This document shows positions 59,326-64,000 of a DNA stretch of 64,000 nucleotides, one piece after another. The translations under genes and the position numbers were made by a program. Positions within the stretch are counted from its first letter, which is position 1; the number at the start of each line of letters is the position of its first letter. Source of the DNA: Candidatus Daviesbacteria bacterium (GTDB taxonomy: Bacteria > Patescibacteriota > Microgenomatia > Daviesbacterales > UBA10151); the NCBI GenBank assembly GCA_016186955.1, contig JACPKP010000009.1, forward strand, positions 161,595 to 225,594. The letters are read 5' to 3'. The notes under the pieces were generated by a model. The model had not been told where the DNA came from, did not search any database, and saw nothing but the letters and a program-made list of their open reading frames with translations.

Positions 59326-60443
59326 TGAAAGGTAAAGTTTTGGTCATTGGAGGCGCTGGTTTTATCGGGTCGCATACTGCAGACGAACTTTTTAAAAGGG
59401 GATATAAAATCAGGATTTTGGATAATCTTTCTCCCAAAACCCACTTTGGCAGATGGCCCAAGTATTTAAGCCCTAAATTTGAAAAAATTAAAGGGAATGT
59501 GAAAGATAGGAAAATCCTGGAAAAATCCCTGGAAGGTGTAGATTTTGTAATCCATTTGGCAGCCATCATGGATTTAATGCCGGATTATTCAGTTTTCTTT
59601 GATACTAATGTTACTTCAACCGCTTTGCTTTATGAAATCATTGTTGCCAAAAAACTACCCATTAAAAAAATAGTTGTGGCATCATCTCAATTTGTTTATG
59701 GGGAGGGCAGATGGAGATGCAAAAAACACGGGGAAATCTTTCCAAAACAAAGAGTTAACGAGAGCTTAACTCAAAAAAGATGGGACCCTGTTTGCCCGTT
59801 GGGTGGAGAAAAAATCAAACCGTTGTTGTTGGAAGAAACCCATCAGGATCCGCCTAACCAGTATGCCATATCAAAATACACACAAGAGTTAATTGCCCTC
59901 AAATTGGGGCGTCTCAATAGTATTCCTTCAGTAGCTATGCGCTACTCAATTGTCCATGGCCCCAGGCAGTCTTTAAAAAATGCTTACTCCGGGGCTTTGA
60001 GGATTTTTACTCTTCAGCTTTTAAACAACAAGCCTTTATCAATCTATGAAGACGGGTTATCTCAACGGGATTATGTTTCGGTTTATGATGTGGCCCGGGC
60101 TAATGCAGATGTTTTAGAAAATCCCAGGGCGGACTTCGAAAATTTTAATGTAGGGTCCGGTAAAGCCTATACAGTTTTAGAACTTGCCCATATGGTGGCT
60201 CAAACTTTGGGGAAAGATTGGGGTTTTAAACCCACAGGGGAGTTTAGGGTGGGAGATATCAGGCATGCAGTTTCTTCTATTGCCAAACTTGAGAAGTTAG
60301 GGTGGAAAGTCAGAGATAAAGAAGAAGAGATTGTCAAAGAGTATGTAAATTGGGTCAAAGAACAAAAACTGGACCAAGATTATTTAAGTTTAGCTGAAGC
60401 GCAGATGAAAGCTTTGGGAGTGGTCAAAAAAGCTGCGCTGTAG
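59325..60443 (+). CDS. NAD-dependent nucleotide-sugar epimerase/dehydratase (extended SDR)
   Basis: MKGKVLVIGGAGFIGSHTADEL; YAISKYTQE catalytic YxxxK; 372 aa with an insertion (...CKKHGEIFPKQRV...). Confidence 0.7.
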   Translation: MKGKVLVIGGAGFIGSHTADELFKRGYKIRILDNLSPKTHFGRWPKYLSPKFEKIKGNVKDRKILEKSLEGVDFVIHLAAIMDLMPDYSVFFDTNVTSTALLYEIIVAKKLPIKKIVVASSQFVYGEGRWRCKKHGEIFPKQRVNESLTQKRWDPVCPLGGEKIKPLLLEETHQDPPNQYAISKYTQELIALKLGRLNSIPSVAMRYSIVHGPRQSLKNAYSGALRIFTLQLLNNKPLSIYEDGLSQRDYVSVYDVARANADVLENPRADFENFNVGSGKAYTVLELAHMVAQTLGKDWGFKPTGEFRVGDIRHAVSSIAKLEKLGWKVRDKEEEIVKEYVNWVKEQKLDQDYLSLAEAQMKALGVVKKAAL

Positions 60444-60478
60444 TTGTTTTAGCCTCAGTAAACTGGTACGATAGATTC

Positions 60479-62158
60479 ATGGGGTATCCTTTATGGTTTA
60501 AAAAACATGCTACAATTCCACTTCTTTTGTTGCTTTTAATTTTACTCGTCCCGACTTTTTGGAGATTGATTCGGCCCGGGATTTTCTCCATGCATGATTT
60601 CCATGTCTTTAGGCTGTATGAATATGATAAATGTGTTGCAGATCTGCAGATCCCCTGCAGATGGGCGCCTGATAGCGCTTATGAATATGGTGAACCGATG
60701 TTTAATTTTTATGCGCAGTTACCCTATGCTTTTGGTGAGTTTTTTAGGTTCTTGGGATTTTCTGTATTGGATTCAATAAAAGCCCTTTTTATCTCATCCC
60801 TGGTTTTGTCTGCTACAGCGATGTTTTTACTTGCCAAACAATTTTGGGGGAATAACTTGTCAGCGCTTATCTCCGCCCTGATTTATGTGTATGCGCCATA
60901 TCGGGCAGTTGATGTATGGGTTAGGGGAGCCTTACCGGAAGCTCTGGCATTTATTTTTTTCCCGTTGATAACCTATTTTTTTAATGATTATGTTTTCAAC
61001 AAAAATACCAGATCGCTATTTTTATTTGGCGTATCTTTAGCAGGATTAATTTTGACGCATAACCTTTCTGTTTTGATGTTTCTTGTTTTCTTTTCTTTTT
61101 GGGCGATTTATTTTTTTACGAAATACAAGGCTTGGAATTTATTGCCAAAATTTATACTTTTGGGGATATTGGTTTTTGGGTTAACAGCATTTTATACACT
61201 GCCGGTGGCTTTTGAAAGTAAATTAATAACACTCACAGAAACCACAAAAGGATATTATGATTTTAATCTTCATTTTGTAACCTTGAAACAGCTTTTAATC
61301 TCCAGGTATTGGGGTTATGGGGCCTCACAATGGGGGGAAGATGACAGGTTGAGCTTGTCGGTTGGCCAAATTCAATGGATTTTACCGGTTATAATTGCTG
61401 TTCTGGTTCTTATCAAAAAAAGGCAAAGACAATATCTTAGTTTTTTCTTTCTTTTAGGGCTTGGCTGGTTTATGCTGCTACTTACCCACAACAAGTCGGT
61501 CTTAATTTGGGATCTGGTTAAACCATTAAGTTTTGTCCAATTCCCATGGAGGTTTTTAGGGTCTGCAGTTTTTCTTTTCGCTTTTGCATCAGGAGCAATG
61601 TTTACATTATTTAAAAAAAGCTACCTTAATAAACTCCTTTTTTTGGTTGTTACAACATTGCTTATCAGCTTGAATACATCTTTTTTCTTTGAGGATTTAT
61701 GGTTTAAATTCGACGATAGAGAATTTTTCAGCGGTAAAAATTATGAGCAACAGGTTACCTCGGCAATACATGATTTTTGGCCAAAAACCGGCAGTAAAAT
61801 CCCCGCAAATTTTGCCCCCAAGGCAGGATTTTTCCTTGAAGGCATGGGCAGTGCAAAATTAATTGAAAAAAGGAGTAATAAACAAATTTATACTGTTGAT
61901 TCAAACCAAAATAGTGTGGTTCAATTCCCCCTGGTATATTTTCCCGGATGGGAAGGATTTTCGGATAATAAAAAAATTAACCTTAGCCCAAGCGGGGAAT
62001 ACGGTTTAGTTACTGTAAATACCAAACCTGCCGACAAAATTATAAATTTAAAATTTGTAGATACCCCGATTAGGGTGATAGGGAATTTTGTTTCAGCAGT
62101 ATCAGTGGGGGCGCTTGTTATATTCCTAATCTTTTTTAAACGCAAAAAAATTATATGA
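60479..62158 (+). CDS. YfhO-like polytopic GT-C membrane glycosyltransferase (standalone homolog of the C-terminal domain of 45948-48398)
   Basis: IFSMHDFHVFRLYEYDKCVADLQIPCRWAPDSAYEYGEPMFNFYAQLPY aligns with the fusion protein; ~13 TM helices plus C-terminal beta-rich domain. Confidence 0.6.
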   Translation: MGYPLWFKKHATIPLLLLLLILLVPTFWRLIRPGIFSMHDFHVFRLYEYDKCVADLQIPCRWAPDSAYEYGEPMFNFYAQLPYAFGEFFRFLGFSVLDSIKALFISSLVLSATAMFLLAKQFWGNNLSALISALIYVYAPYRAVDVWVRGALPEALAFIFFPLITYFFNDYVFNKNTRSLFLFGVSLAGLILTHNLSVLMFLVFFSFWAIYFFTKYKAWNLLPKFILLGILVFGLTAFYTLPVAFESKLITLTETTKGYYDFNLHFVTLKQLLISRYWGYGASQWGEDDRLSLSVGQIQWILPVIIAVLVLIKKRQRQYLSFFFLLGLGWFMLLLTHNKSVLIWDLVKPLSFVQFPWRFLGSAVFLFAFASGAMFTLFKKSYLNKLLFLVVTTLLISLNTSFFFEDLWFKFDDREFFSGKNYEQQVTSAIHDFWPKTGSKIPANFAPKAGFFLEGMGSAKLIEKRSNKQIYTVDSNQNSVVQFPLVYFPGWEGFSDNKKINLSPSGEYGLVTVNTKPADKIINLKFVDTPIRVIGNFVSAVSVGALVIFLIFFKRKKII

Positions 62159-63768
62159 AAAAATTGATTATATTTTTTTTAATTCTTGTATTGGCAGCTT
62201 TCTTAAGGTTTTATAAACTTAATGAATATCCGCCAAGTTTGAATTGGGATGAAGTAAGCATTGGATATAATGCGTATTCTATTTTAAAAACAGGCCGGGA
62301 TGAATGGGGACAGATATTGCCGCTTTCCTTTAGGGCATATGGGGATTATAAACTTCCCGGGTATATTTATCTGGATACAGTTTTTATCAGAAGCTTTGGA
62401 TTAAATGCATGGGGTGTCAGATTACCTTCGGCGGTCTTGGGGCTGGGGATTGTTGTGTTTATCTTTTTAACCGTTAAAAAATTAATAAATACTAATCTGG
62501 CGCTTTGGGCAATGTTTACCGCTGCAGTAACCCCCTGGCTTATTATCCTGTCAAGGATTGCACTGGAAGCAAACCTGGCGCTTTTTTTTACAACAGGCTC
62601 AATTTATTTTTTAATTTTAGGATTCAAAAGAAAATATTTTCTTCTTGCCTCTTCCTTTTTTTTAGGTTTATCACTTTTTTCTTATAACTCTTCAAGAGTG
62701 GTTGTGATCCCATTGGTGATAACAGCAGCGGTATTGTTCTGGAAAAAAATTAACAACATAAAAGTTGCACTATTTGCTCTGGGTATATTGGCAATTTTTT
62801 TTATCACAGCTTTTCCGCTGGCTTTACTTCAGGATTCTTCTGCACGGTATAAGTGGACTACTATATTGGATCAAGGTGCAGTTTTGAGAATCAATGAGTT
62901 ACGGGGGTCCGCTGCCCTGCCGCCTGTTTTAGATAAACTGATTTACAACAAAATTACTTATTTTATACCCCAGTCCTTGGGGAACTATTTTTCACATTTT
63001 AATCCCAACTTCTTATTTTTTAACGGGGGATCCAATTACCAATATTCTGTTCCCGGTTCCGGTCTTTTCCACTTAAGTTTATTGCCCTTTTTAATATTAG
63101 GGATATATCAGATTTTCCGGAAAAAAGAAAATTGGCAATTTTTTATCTTAGGATGGTTAATTATTGCCTTGGTTCCTGCTGCAATTACCAGGGATGCCCC
63201 CCATGCCCTTCGTGCGCTGCTGATGATCCCGCCTTTTTTAATTATTTCTGTACTCGGGGTGGGTTTTGTTACGAGTCATTTTAAACCTACTTACGTAAAA
63301 GCGCTGCTTGCAATTTTTACCATTGCGTTAGTCTTTCAGTCTGTACAGTTCTGGAAAAATTATACAGGGGATTATGTAAAAAATTATTCCTGGTCATGGC
63401 AATATGGTTACAGAGAGGCTGTTGACTTCGTCAACAAAGAAGCTAATCAATATGATCGGATTTACTTCACAAAAAAGTATGGGGAACCGCATGAATTTGT
63501 ATTGTTCTACCTTAAAATTGACCCCCAATTTTTTAGAGGCAGCGCTGTGCCGGTAAGATATAAAAAATCAGATTGGTACTGGGTGGATAGTTTTGATAAA
63601 TTTGAATTTATTAACGATTGGGAGATTAAAGGAAACGTAAAGTGTGAAACGAAAAGCGAAAAATGTTTAATGGTGACAAGTCCTGGGAATTATCCGGAAG
63701 GGTGGAAGTTTATTAAAAAAATTGATTTCCTTGATGGGAAACCTGCATTTGATATAGTAGAAATATGA
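62155..63768 (+). CDS. GT-C membrane glycosyltransferase, PMT/ArnT-like
   Basis: LRFYKLNEYPPSLNWDEVSIGYNAYSILKTGRDEWGQ motif. Confidence 0.75.
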   Translation: MKKLIIFFLILVLAAFLRFYKLNEYPPSLNWDEVSIGYNAYSILKTGRDEWGQILPLSFRAYGDYKLPGYIYLDTVFIRSFGLNAWGVRLPSAVLGLGIVVFIFLTVKKLINTNLALWAMFTAAVTPWLIILSRIALEANLALFFTTGSIYFLILGFKRKYFLLASSFFLGLSLFSYNSSRVVVIPLVITAAVLFWKKINNIKVALFALGILAIFFITAFPLALLQDSSARYKWTTILDQGAVLRINELRGSAALPPVLDKLIYNKITYFIPQSLGNYFSHFNPNFLFFNGGSNYQYSVPGSGLFHLSLLPFLILGIYQIFRKKENWQFFILGWLIIALVPAAITRDAPHALRALLMIPPFLIISVLGVGFVTSHFKPTYVKALLAIFTIALVFQSVQFWKNYTGDYVKNYSWSWQYGYREAVDFVNKEANQYDRIYFTKKYGEPHEFVLFYLKIDPQFFRGSAVPVRYKKSDWYWVDSFDKFEFINDWEIKGNVKCETKSEKCLMVTSPGNYPEGWKFIKKIDFLDGKPAFDIVEI

Positions 63769-64000
63769 TAAAAAAATTTCAAATTTCAAATTTCAAATTT
63801 CAAATTTTCTTGGTGGTTATAATTATTCTTGCGGCATCACTTCGCCTTTGGAACATAGCGTTAAACCCACCTGGGCTTACATGGGATGAGGCGGCAATTG
63901 GGTATAACGCTTATTCTTTGCTCAAAACCGGTAGGGATGAATATGGGCAGATCTTACCGCTAAATTTTAAATCTTTTGGTGATTATAAACCCGGAGTTTA
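63765..64000 (+). CDS. GT-C membrane glycosyltransferase, PMT/ArnT-like (5' partial, runs off window)
   Basis: ATG 63765 overlaps upstream stop (ATGA); ...LRLWNIALNPPGLTWDEAAIGYNAYSLLKTGRDEYGQ motif. Confidence 0.7.
   Translation, partial: MIKKFQISNFKFQIFLVVIIILAASLRLWNIALNPPGLTWDEAAIGYNAYSLLKTGRDEYGQILPLNFKSFGDYKPGV
63774..63809 (+). repeat. 4 tandem copies of heptanucleotide AAATTTC (+1 variant AAATTTTC) immediately after start codon of a GT-C gene
   Basis: aaatttc x4 then aaattttc at 63774-63809; encodes KFQISNFKFQIF in frame. Confidence 0.9.

Noticed and set aside
1-64000. CRISPR array, tRNA, rRNA, IS/transposase search
   Set aside because: No direct-repeat/spacer arrays, no tRNA-like GTTCGA T-arm contexts in intergenic regions, no rRNA-like segments and no transposase/integrase-like ORFs were seen; nothing to report.

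Overview
Low-GC, gene-dense window from a reduced-genome bacterium (inference: a CPR/Patescibacteria-like lineage). It is dominated by a very large cell-surface glycosylation island, with almost every gene after ~18.4 kb on the + strand and often joined by 4-nt ATGA overlaps. Contents in order: (i) at 1.4-4.4 kb, a MacAB-like ABC efflux operon on the minus strand (permease, ATPase, HlyD-like adaptor); (ii) a truncated TsaB-like gene, several hypothetical genes, and a ~140-nt highly structured palindromic intergenic element (5162-5301) whose ~50-nt core recurs in-frame inside a membrane-protein gene at 17720-17765; (iii) dTDP-L-rhamnose genes rmlABCD, GDP-mannose 4,6-dehydratase, and a GT2-GtrA fusion; (iv) a ~980-aa ORF with GHKL-ATPase-like motifs near the N-terminus and an HExxH motif near the C-terminus, split by a frameshift at a T4 run; (v) from 18.4 kb to the window end, an extraordinary array of DPM1/GtrB-like GT2 synthases paired with PMT/ArnT-like (GT39-type) polytopic GT-C transferases. 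There are at least 9 GT39-like paralogs, 2 YfhO-like GT-C proteins (one fused to a GT2), and 2 polytopic membrane proteins of uncertain family. Interspersed are a Wzx-like flippase, a GT4, rhamnosyltransferase-like GT2s, an AsnB-type amidotransferase, IspH, a 1138-aa membrane protein, and a complete GDP-D-glycero-alpha-D-manno-heptose pathway (GmhA x2, HddA-like kinase, GmhB, HddC-like nucleotidyltransferase) with duplicated divergent Gfo/Idh/MocA-like oxidoreductases, two DUF218-like proteins and an SDR epimerase/dehydratase. Most notable sequence-level signals: 7-nt tandem repeats (AATTTTC x5; AAATTTC x4-5) sitting directly after the start codon of two GT-C paralogs, which are candidate slipped-strand phase-variation switches; a G10 tract upstream of a GT2 gene plus G7-G8 tracts inside GT genes; and three genes disrupted at homopolymers (T4, A5, A6). 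No rRNA, tRNA, CRISPR array or obvious IS element was found.
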